Shown here piece by piece: positions 11,408-21,415 of a DNA stretch of 48,207 nt. Under the pieces are notes generated by a model, which saw only the letters and a list, made by a program, of their open reading frames with translations, was not told the DNA's origin and did not search any database. Both the position numbers and the translations under genes were made by a program. The stretch is from Chromera velia (taxonomy: Eukaryota). Location: assembly GCA_018398765.1 (NCBI GenBank), contig JAHBMJ010000496.1, forward strand, positions 1 through 48,207, written 5' to 3'. Numbering within the stretch: the first letter of the stretch is position 1; each line of letters opens with the position of its first letter.

Positions 11408-12996
11408 ATGACATAATGAGACCTACCGGACTTTAACATCATTTTGGACTTTGAAATATAGGAATAACATAGGGTGTTCTATTGTATTTAATCGTTGTTT
11501 ATAAGCTTTTAAATTTAATAAACATTCTTTAAAACGTGATTCTTTTAAAACAAAAGATAAAACAAAGAATTGAAGCTAGTTGTATCAATGTTAGATTATA
11601 ACTATATTTTAGTAACCATAATAGTAGCTGCATAATTGGCATATCTATGCATGATGCAATAAATGCGATCGAAAAGTAGATAGTTACCCCTGAAACTATT
11701 TAGTTTTAATTGACCCTACCTAACCAGGTCTGGCGACTGGATTTGCTCCCCCACTCCCCCAAGAAGGACCAATTAATAAATGACCTACCTAGGTCCTTTC
11801 GGGCAAAACCGTCCCCCACTCTCCTGGAGGTGGAGGTGAGAGGCAGCCCCAAAGCGACAAAATCTGCAATTGGTTCTTGTGGGGGCGGCGACCCGCGGCG
11901 ATTCATAGGTGCTGATCTGCTAGTGCTCCTCTTAATGCTCCGAAAGATGCTTTTCAGTGTTGTGGGTGCAGTCAACGCGCACGGAAAGGCAAACAAGCTA
12001 GCCAGATCTGACAGATTGAGCCTCTCCAATGACCTGCACAAAAAGAAACTTTATGCACACGAATTGCTTTGAGATAAAAGCCCCCCCAAAGCCACTTACT
12101 GATGACACTGTNNNNNNNNNNNNNNNNNGCAGACGATCTTGTTATTTTTGCTCACTCTTCTTCTGACCTGCAGTGGTGTTTGGACCGTTTGGCCTCTTAT
12201 TGTCAGGAACATGGGTTGAAAGTGAATTTAAAGAAAACAAAAGTTCTCGCACTCTCAGGCTCAAGAAGGGAAATAGAAGGGGAAGTGACTTTATGACATA
12301 ATGAGACCTACCGGACTTTAACATCATTTTGGACTTTGAAATATAGGAATAACATAGGGTGTTCTATTGTATTTAATCGTTGTTTATAAGCTTTTAAATT
12401 TAATAAACATTCTTTAAAACGTGATTCTTTTAAAACAAAAGATAAAACAAAGAATTGAAGCTAGTTGTATCAATGTTAGATTATAACTATATTTTAGTAA
12501 CCATAATAGTAGCTGCATAATTGGCATATCTATGCATGATGCAATAAATGCGATCGAAAAGTAGATAGTTACCCCTGAAACTATTTAGTTTTAATTGACC
12601 CTACCTAACCAGGTCTGGCGACTGGATTTGCTCCCCCACTCCCCCAAGAAGGACCAATTAATAAATGACCTACCTAGGTCCTTTCGGGCAAAACCGTCCC
12701 CCACTCTCCTGGAGGTGGAGGTGAGAGGCAGCCCCAAAGCGACAAAATCTGCAATTGGTTCTTGTGGGGGCGGCGACCCGCGGCGATTCATAGGTGCTGA
12801 TCTGCTAGTGCTCCTCTTAATGCTCCGAAAGATGCTTTTCAGTGTTGTGGGTGCAGTCAACGCGCACGGAAAGGCAAACAAGCTAGCCAGATCTGACAGA
12901 TTGAGCCTCTCCAATGACCTGCACAAAAAGAAACTTTATGCACACGAATTGCTTTGAGATAAAAGCCCTCCCAAAGCCACTTACTGATGACACTGT
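11244..12996. repeat. Tandem duplication 11244-12111 / 12129-12996 around a 17-N gap; probable assembly artefact
   Basis: Offset 885; only one difference noticed (C12084 / T12969); N run at 12112-12128. Confidence 0.85.
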
Positions 12997-14009
12997 GTTG
13001 TTGCATTGCCCACAAACGGCCCACAAGGCGAACTGAGTAGCCAAAAATGGCAAGCCACAAATGGCGAGGCAGCACAAGTGGTATGTAGTATTACATTGGA
13101 CTCTTTTGATCTTTAAATCGTTCATGCACAATAGATGACCTCAGAGGGGCCTGATAGCTGTTTTGGGTAAAGAGATTGTTGAGAAAAGAAGATGTACAGT
13201 TGTCTATCTGTATAGAAGACGCTCATAAGGCAAGCCTACCACTAGATGGTCTCTCGGATCAATGTGCATGAGGTAGGACAAGCAGACTGAACGCCGGTTT
13301 GAACGTTGTGTAATTAAAAGCCACAATGAGCGAATCTTGCCCTCTACTACGCAGCAATCGCACTGTCGAGAGGTTGTCTGTGACTTTGAGCTCTTTTTAT
13401 GTGGAGCCGTTTTCGATCTGCTCTCAGATTGTAGTTCGGTCTGATGCAAATGTCAGACAAAAGCAGCATGAAGCAGCAAGATCAGACATTTTGAGTACGT
13501 TCGCACGCGCGCTAATTATTTTTACTTGACTTGGGAGGCACTTTTGTTGCGTGCCCCTCAAGCAATCATCGGAGTGCGTACGAAAGTGTATGCATGCATT
13601 TAATATGCGCGCGTCTGACCTTCAAGTTGTTGTCTTAGTTCTGATTTGCTTTCTGGAATTGCTATTGAAGCAAGCTTGTATCTGAAAGCATTCCAACAAC
13701 ATAAAGACAAGCCGGCATAACCTCTGGTGGTGTATATTGTCTTATCGCCTCTCCGGGCATGTATTGGTCTGGCATAGATATATAGATGCGCCTGACCTAC
13801 ACAGATCGATCCACCAGTTCCGGAAGCGTCCAGCTGCATAAAGATCTTTGCATGTGCCAATCAATTGACCTCTGGCCGCCTCTGGCCTATTCCCATCTGT
13901 ACAGACTGCGTTACCCCTCATTTGTCTCTGCCGGTTTGTATTTGACCATCGTTTTGACTCCAAACGACTTTTTTATTGTCTGTGTTTCTTACCGCTGTTT
14001 GAGTCGGTT

Positions 14010-16138
14010 CAAGTACATACGTACAGCTCGGCGCAGAGAGACGATAGCCTTACTTTTGAGAGAGTGGGAGGGCTCCCTCCCGTTCTCAACCCGTGTGACA
14101 GTCCGGCTGAAGAGAGATCTGGGAGAGGGGGGCTTTGAGCAGCTAGTAAAACTTCTAAACAAAATGACGAAGGGGTATGTTGCGGCAGCGCGGTTTCATC
14201 GGGAGGTTCTCCTACCAAAATTGAAAGACTACTTCGAGAAAAACAAAGCCTCTGCTTACGTACTCAATACTGCTACCGAGCTGGCGGCGTCTTCAGAGTC
14301 TACGATGATTGCACTTCTTTTCCTCTTTGAGCTGCTGTCCCGACTGGATCTTTCCCTGATAGTCAAGAGTGCACTAGAAATTATGGAGAAGAATTTTAAT
14401 CGAGAGGAGTTCTCTGTTCCTCAGGTAGCTATCCTCTATGGCGGCGACGCCGCCGGCCGTGACTTCACCCTGTCTGCTATCGAAAAGCAGACCCCAATTC
14501 TGGTTCTTCAGGTACGTTTAGATCCTCACCAGCTAGGCAGGCATCCATGTGTGTACATTTCATTCTCCTTTTTCAGGCAATGGATATGTTGTCTGGCGTC
14601 TGCCGTCTCTACAATTTGTTTGTGCACGGTTTATCTCTGTTTTGAGTGAAAAAGCATTACATTGTCAAGTGGTGCCTTTTTGAGCTGCGTCTTTGGTTCT
14701 TTAATGTCTAGAGGTCTACCTCCGAACTCTTTGATGCCTGGTTGCACATTCTCACATACTGTTATCTCAGGGATGCGGACTTGGGAGGCGACTGTATGTT
14801 CCCTCAGCTCTTCAAGCTGATAACTACAAAGGGGCTCGAAGTGATGCTGATGAGGAGGCTGTCCCAGTCCTGGCACACTGGAGCTGTATCCTTTGGTAAG
14901 TCGATGCCTTTGCCCTCGATATGTGATTGTGCAGGGGGGGCGGGGCGGGGTGGGGTAGGGCGGGGGGGGGTAAGGCGGCGGCAGAGTCGGGGCCGGGGCC
15001 GGCGGCACATATAGAGAGGAGGCCCCAAGATGTTAGAGAGCGGCTAGATGGAGCTTTGACGACCTAGGAGGGCGTTCTAATTGTTCCAGTGCAGATATTT
15101 GGCAGTGGAGCAGAGACGCCGAGTGTCGAGAGTGTCAGCGGGCGGGCTGGGGGGCAGGCGGGGGGGTTGGGCGGGCCGAGGGTGGGTGAGGGCCGGGCCT
15201 AGACCAGGCCGGGGCCGGTGGCACAGGACACTGTGCGTGAAGGGGCACAGAGGAGCCAGTGGGAGGCTGGTGAGAGACAAGTGTGAAGAGTTAGGATATG
15301 AAAAGATGATGTCCTTGCTTCTTGATCGGTACCGGTGACGGCTGTGCTGCTCCCTAAGTCTGGTTTCATACTTTTTCTTGGACTTTTTTGTCTCACCTTC
15401 TCGCTCACGAATGTTTCAAAACCTCCGGACAAATCAGGTCTGATTTGTCTGGAGGTTTTTTTCAAAATTTTTTGAATAAGTTGGACAAGAACAAAAGCGG
15501 TCGGAATCGCTTTGTATCGACGTAAAAAGAGTTTTCCGACCGCTTTTGTTCTTGTCCAACTTATTTAAAAAATTTTGAAAAAAACCTCCAGACAAATCAG
15601 GCCTGATTTGTCCGGAGGTTTTGAAACATTCGTGAGCGAGAAAGTGAGACAAAAAGGTCTAAAGAAGAGTGTGAAACCAGACCCAGGGAGCAGTACGGCC
15701 GTCAGCGGTACCCTTCAAGGAGCCAAGACATGCACGTTTCATGTTCTAACTTTTCATAGTCCCCTCTCACCAATCCTCCACTGGCTTCTCTGAACCCCTT
15801 GAGACAAAGTGTCCTGTGACGACTCCGGCCCGCCCACCCCCCCGCCTGCCCACCAACTCATTCGATACTTACCTTTGCTCCACTGCCAGTTGTCTGCACT
15901 GGAACAATTGAAACGCTCCCCTAAGGGGTTAAAGCTCTATCTAGCCACTCTCTGACATCTTGGGGCCTCCTCTTTATATGTGCTGCCGGCCCCAGCCCCG
16001 ATCCGGCCGCTGCCCCCACCCTAGAGCCTCCGCCTCCTACCTGCCCTGACCTTTGTCTCTCCCCTTTTGACCCCTTCGCTGGGTGATTCACACATTGCTG
16101 GGCCTTTCTCTTGTTTGTTTCTCCCTGTTTTTTCCCTC

Positions 16139-16174
<36 letters not shown>

Positions 16175-17071
16175 GTGTGTGTATGTGTGTGTGTGTGAGC
16201 GTGCGTGCGCGCGCGCGCGTGCATGCATGCATGTGTGTGCTTATGTGTCTGTGTGCAGGTCGTGAGTTTGGAATCCACAGCAACAAGATTCAGAGAAGCC
16301 TTTAGTCACTTGTGAAGGAAGTGCAGATGATGAGAAACGCCATTCTGAAGGAGCAAGTCAGTTGATTTAATTTATACTCATGTAGCGGCAACCAGTTAGA
16401 CCGTGGAAGACTTCTGCCTCTTCACCTTTCTCCACATGTATTTGAAACCAAGACAGATGCACAGTTTTTCGGTTGCCTCGTCAGTGTTTTGTATGCCTTC
16501 TTATGCATACGCGCGTGCAAAAAGCATGTTCACAAGGGCTTGCTCATCTCTCGGTATATGATGCCTGCATCTGCAGGAGCAGCAGCTGCTTTGTCATTCC
16601 TTGAGTCGTTGGTGAATTCGCTCATTGGTATTCTTGCTAGTCGGCTCTCTAGTTCACTGAGCGACTGCGAGAGAGAAAGACCGAAGGAGCAGCGGGTTGA
16701 CATCTCGATTTGCTGCATCTGTATCTTTGTCTACAAGTGGGTTTGTCTCGCTGTGTGTGTATGCACATGTGCTTCTCACGCTCGTTTCAATATCTGATTG
16801 AACGTCAAGTTTTATTTTTACGGATACCTCTCTGCAGGCCGCTTCGTTTACAGATGAGAAAGCCATCCTAACGGTTGCGACAAAGATCGCTGAAGTGACG
16901 GGGCCCCCGACGACGCCCTCTGATTTCGTTGACATCATCAAAAACATCATTCAGCTTGAGGCTGCCTTCAGTGAGGAGGTCATCGTCCGGATGAACCAGA
17001 ACTTCATGGAGACCCTCATCCGAGTCAAGGGAACCGCAAAACAAGACAGTCTGACAGTCGGCGCCGGACGA
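14010..17071 (+). pseudogene. Multi-exon cargo gene inside the TIR element; one exon resembles the SLOG (LSDAT/TRPM-type) C-terminal motif
   Basis: Candidate exons ~14010-14511 (ends cag|gtacgt), ~14710-14895 (ttg|gtaagt), 16259-~16356 (in-frame TAG at 16303), ~16577-16736 and 16838-17071 (cga|gtgagt). Peptide VPQVAILYGGDAAGRDFTLSAIEKQTPILVLQ. Confidence 0.5.
14935..16050. repeat. ~1.1-kb imperfect palindrome (foldback element) in an intron of the cargo gene
   Basis: Centre ~15520: aagttggacaagaacaaaagcggtcggaa ... ttccgaccgcttttgttcttgtccaactt. Outer arms gaggaggccccaagatgt (~15016) and acatcttggggcctcctc (~15955). The track shows mirror ORFs 15199..15465(-) and 15575..15793(+). Confidence 0.9.
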
Positions 17072-17099
17072 GTGAGTCAGCTTTTAAGAGCACTTTTAT

Positions 17100-17241
17100 G
17101 CTGTGTATGTTTGCGCACGCACGCGCGCGCGTTTGTATATGTGTGTATGTATGCGTGTGCGTGTGTTTATGTGTGTGTGTGTATGTGTGTGTGTGTGTGT
17201 ATGTGTGTTTGTGTATGCATGGGTATATCAGCGTGCACACG

Positions 17242-17284
<43 letters not shown>

Positions 17285-17308
17285 CGTGTATGTGTGTGCG
17301 GTTGTGTA

Positions 17309-17339
<31 letters not shown>

Positions 17340-17456
17340 ATGTGTGTCTATGTCGTATGTATGTGTGTGCATGCGTATGTGTGTGTATGTATGTGTGTGT
17401 GTGTGTGTATGTGTATGTATGTGTGTGTGTGTGTATGTGTGTGTGTGCGTGTGTGT

Positions 17457-17499
<43 letters not shown>

Positions 17500-17592
17500 C
17501 GTGTATGTGGTGTGCATGCATATGTATGTGTGTGCGTGTATGTGGTGTGCATGCATATGTATGTGTGTATGCGTGTCTGTATGCATATGCGT
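17100..17592. repeat. Compound (TG)n/(TC)n microsatellite
   Basis: Directly visible; a similar tract lies at 16142-16256. Confidence 0.95.
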
Positions 17593-18620
17593 TTTTCACT
17601 CCCTCCATTCTGTGGATAGATGTGCATGGTCATCGGTGAGTTGCGCATGTGTGAGTGCTCCTGTCTACGTACCTGCTTTTCTCCTCCCTATGCCTTTCCT
17701 TCTGATCTTACTCCCCCCCTTACACCTTTCCTTCTCCGCTCTCGCTCGTTATGCCCTAACAGTAACCAAAAGCTCTCTTTTTGGCTTCTTATGTCTGCTC
17801 TCATTTAACCCACAAGGAGAGTATGGTGCATTGTCTGTCGGGTGGGGTGACGACAAACTGTGTGTGCATGATTCGTGTATTCGTTGTAATGATGACTTCT
17901 TACACAAGCTTTCTTCATGCGAGAAACGATGAGAAACGGTCGGATGAAAGGGAGTCCTCACGCCAGATGGCTGCATTGAAATCAACTCGGATTGATCATA
18001 TAATGATTGTAACGTATGCTCCTCTCTCCGGCGCATCTGCATCCGATCTATTCGTCCGTAATGTTATCCGATCGCATTTGTTCTCGCTCCTGACCCGCCT
18101 GTTCGATATCTGCCGCGCGCTGCTGACAAGTGAATAACTTTTTGCTCATTCTAGCAAAAACCAACCAACTATGCATGCGCCGCCCGGGAGCCTAGCGCTC
18201 TAACTAGGGTTAGGCATCTTCTAACTCACTAACTTAGTGACCAACACTATTTAAGTTTAGATTTAATTTAGTAAGATAATGTGAATTCAGTTATTCTACT
18301 AAGCATTCATGTTGACATGATATTGTACTTAAACATTTATTTATGTGTAATCGAAATTATAAAAAAAAAATTCTAGATACAATGTTATACATTATCATAA
18401 TTGAATGCTAAAAGAACTCAGAAATTGAAATCTCCTAACACTGGCACTGACAGGTTCAGCTTTAATTTTTTCTTTAATGTTAATTTTATCTTAAAAGAAT
18501 CAAGTTTTAAAGAATGTCTATTTAATTTAAAGGTATATAAACAATGTTAAAATACTATAGAACATCCTATATTTCAAAGTCCGAAATGATGTTAAAGTCC
18601 GGTAGGCCTCATTATGTTAT

Positions 18621-19996
18621 ACTTTTGAAGAGAAGACAGTTGAACGTGTAGAGAGCTATAAATACCTTGGGTGTCGTGTGTTTGAGGGAGAGGACCCACG
18701 AAAGTCAGTCAGGGACCGACTTGAAAGTGCTGAACGCTGTTTAGAGGCAGTGATGGGCACTTATTCATCCTTAGGTCCTTTGCCCCCCCGATGCAAAGTT
18801 CGTTTACTGCAGGCGCTCTGGGAGCCGGTAGCAATGTACTCGCTGGAAGCCTTGCCGGTAAGTCAGAGAGATATCGTTGCACTTGATGCATTGCAGCTTC
18901 GATTTGTGCGCTGGACATTCCGTTTGCCCTATAACTCTTTCAAGGTGCCAACTTTGGTTTCGGTTGGTGTGCGTCCCATGAGAGAGATCCTTTCTTGTCG
19001 GTTGGAAGGTTTCATAGAAAGCATACAGAGAACAGAAAGGGAGGTTCCTTGGGCAGTCTGGGATGCATGACATAGATCGCTGACCCCGGTATAGGCCAAT
19101 TCAGCCAGTAGCATGCTTCAGACAATCGCATCAGATCTTTTGAGAAAAGAAAGCTAGAGAGGGAGAAACAGAACGAATAAATGGACACTCAGGCAGAAAG
19201 CAAGGGAAAGGGAAGCCTCAGAATAGTTGTCGGAATGGTTGACTTCAAGACCCGTTGGTGAGCATAGGCTCACCCGTTTATGTGGCATCTATCCACGCAA
19301 CTCCCGACTAAGTAATTTTCAGATAGAGAACCGATCGCATCAGCGTCTGGCCATATTGCTTTTAGGGGGAAGGGTTAGAAGGAGGTGGGGTTACACAGTT
19401 CAATTGCGTACTCTGCCTCGCTCTCTCTTGTCTGGTAGTTCTCTTTTCACTTCTCTCCTTCGAGCATGTGCTGGTGGGGGAAAGAGACACGGTGGATCCT
19501 GCGAAGAACACTGTATTCACTGTCCTACAGTCGAAGGTAAAAAGGTGATCGACGATGCAGTGCATCGATTGTCTGCGTGCGTGCGAACAGAACAGCTTAG
19601 ATTCAAACTTCATTCGCTGGCAGAGAGAGTGAAAGAGAGAACAGGAATTGGTGAAAGGGTCTGCAGAGCAAGATGGACTGCTACAGCTGGGGGAAGAGGT
19701 ATCGGGGAAGAAAAGACATATGTAAGAGAGCTCGTTTCATTCATTGTAGACCGGGAGCCGAAGAAGGCAAGTGCACTGATCGAAGCTTATCTGAAATGAG
19801 TGCGCGCGCGTCTTGTGTAGTTGTTCAGCCTTTAGCTTCAGCCTAGGCTGCAGAGGGTCGTGGTTGTTCATATTCATGCGGAAGCAGGCTAAGTTGCGGC
19901 GGTTTGCTCCTTTTGTTTACAACTGCATGTATGGGTTGCCATTTGTCTCTGGTTTCAGAGACTTTAGGCTTAACCACAATTAAGTAAGTAAGTAAG
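18621..19996 (+). pseudogene. 3' half of the same LINE: RT C-terminus, CCHC-type knuckle, 3' UTR and (TAAG)n tail
   Basis: TFEEKTVERVESYKYLG continues in frame into ORFs 18678..19070 and 19227..19799 (stops at 19068, 19092, 19155, 19224). CIHC...DDAVHRLSAC motif; taagtaagtaagtaag at 19981-19996. Confidence 0.88.
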
Positions 19997-20452
19997 TTAT
20001 CAGAACATTTCTGATGTATGTTTCAAAAATTTAAAAAAATATATATAAAATTATAACTTATCAGTTCCGTAAAAAACATATGCCTGTGTGGCAGTGTATA
20101 TATACTAGTCACTGAGACTCACTCTAGTACTAATAGAGATTAAGAACGTAAAATTAATAGATTTAAAATTGTATATGACTTTTTGTTGATACGATAAAGT
20201 TAGAGTACGTACCAAAATTGAGGTGACAATCACTCAGCTTTATGGTACTTTCTTTTCCTCTTCTTTATGATCACTTTCTTCAATGTGAATCAAATCGATC
20301 AGTAGTGGGAGCTGCTGAGAGCTTTTTTTCTAGCTTTTCGGCTTTTCAGGAGTGGGTGCTCCTGGACTTCTATTCAGTTGCGGAGAGATGATAACGGGGT
20401 GAGACAAAGAACCACGCACACGTTTGCTATTACTGTTGGTGTTGGAACCGTC

Positions 20453-21031
20453 CTATTTCTGGGCAGCTAAGTATCCAGAGTTGGTAAGTTCGGCTATCCT
20501 CTGTGCCGCGCTAGGGCCGACAACAAGCCCCTTGTGTTGGAGGTGAATATAGAGAGGTCGGTAGCCTTCCTCACCCGGAGTGATGACTTTCTCAGGAGGG
20601 GGAAGTTTCCCCCCAGCCTTCACAGCATTTGCGTCTGCGGCCGCCTCCTTTGGTTTCAAATTGGTCCTCCCGCCGGGCCCTGCAGGAGCGGCCCCCCCTC
20701 CAGCACTGTCAGCAGCCCCCCCGTTGCTTTTTCCCTTGCCTTTCTGGAACTGCTCCACACCGACAGAGAATGTGGTCGCAGCCTTTCGACGCTTGGGGTC
20801 AGGGGTATGCTGCAATCTCTTGTGGTTCACATCCAAAATGTCCCAGTCATACAGCATGTCTCCGGTGGCGAATCGGTCAAAAGTGGGGTACCTCATCCGT
20901 GGATCTATCTCGTAGGTGACAATCTGCTTCTCATACACTTTCACCAATTTATCAGCCCAGTTCCGTTGAGCCAACGGGAGGAGGCACGTCAGATTGTTCT
21001 GAAACCTCAACCAGCGGATAGTCGTATGCGT
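20453..21031 (-). CDS. Terminal exon of a hypothetical protein (possibly gag-like, unproven)
   Basis: Clean ~190-codon frame with coding-like composition, after a microsatellite-containing GT-AG intron (21121-21032; gtaaac...gttgcag). Stop at 20453. Confidence 0.55.
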   Translation of the reverse strand, partial: THTTIRWLRFQNNLTCLLPLAQRNWADKLVKVYEKQIVTYEIDPRMRYPTFDRFATGDMLYDWDILDVNHKRLQHTPDPKRRKAATTFSVGVEQFQKGKGKSNGGAADSAGGGAAPAGPGGRTNLKPKEAAADANAVKAGGKLPPPEKVITPGEEGYRPLYIHLQHKGLVVGPSAAQRIAELTNSGYLAAQK

Positions 21032-21039
21032 CTGCAACA

Positions 21040-21108
<69 letters not shown>

Positions 21109-21269
21109 CTGATCGGTTTACCTCTGCATGAAGTAAAAAGGGGTGAAACGTCAATTTCAGTGCAGCTCAAAACGTTTTTTTTTTTGAGAGCAAACCATCA
21201 AGATTTAGGTTTTTTCATTTGAATCAGCATGCGTGACGGATTGGTACTGCAAAAGTTTTTTCGGAACCT

Positions 21270-21415
21270 TCATATTTGAGGTTAAAAGTCATATTGATCA
21301 AATATTTGATCGTATTTGATAGGTCTTTAAAGACTAGGTCCTCCCTGACTCGATATTTGATTTAAGCTTAAGCCCTACCTCAAATCAAATCAAATCAAAT
21401 CAAACATGGGCACTA
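21270..21415. mobile_element. Right end of the (TTTGA)n TIR family seen at 8-10.6 kb
   Basis: gataggtctttaaagactaggtcctccctgactcgatatttgatttaagcttaagccctacctcaaatcaaat nearly equals 8169-8241 and runs straight into caaatcaaacatggg. Confidence 0.8.

Larger units (their letters stand above)
12293..18620. mobile_element. 6.3-kb TIR element with 5-bp TSD (ACTTT) inserted into the LINE RT
   Basis: Left end atgacataatgagacctaccggactttaacatcattttggactttgaaatatagga matches the reverse complement of the right end (ataacataatgaggcctaccggactttaacatcatttcggactttgaaatatagga). Similarity extends ~165 bp. ACTTT at 12288-12292 and 18621-18625. Excision restores the LINE frame. Confidence 0.92.

Noticed and set aside
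11244..12996. 868-bp duplication suggesting two TIR left ends or an LTR
   Set aside because: It flanks a 17-N gap with one noticed mismatch; most simply a scaffolding artefact.
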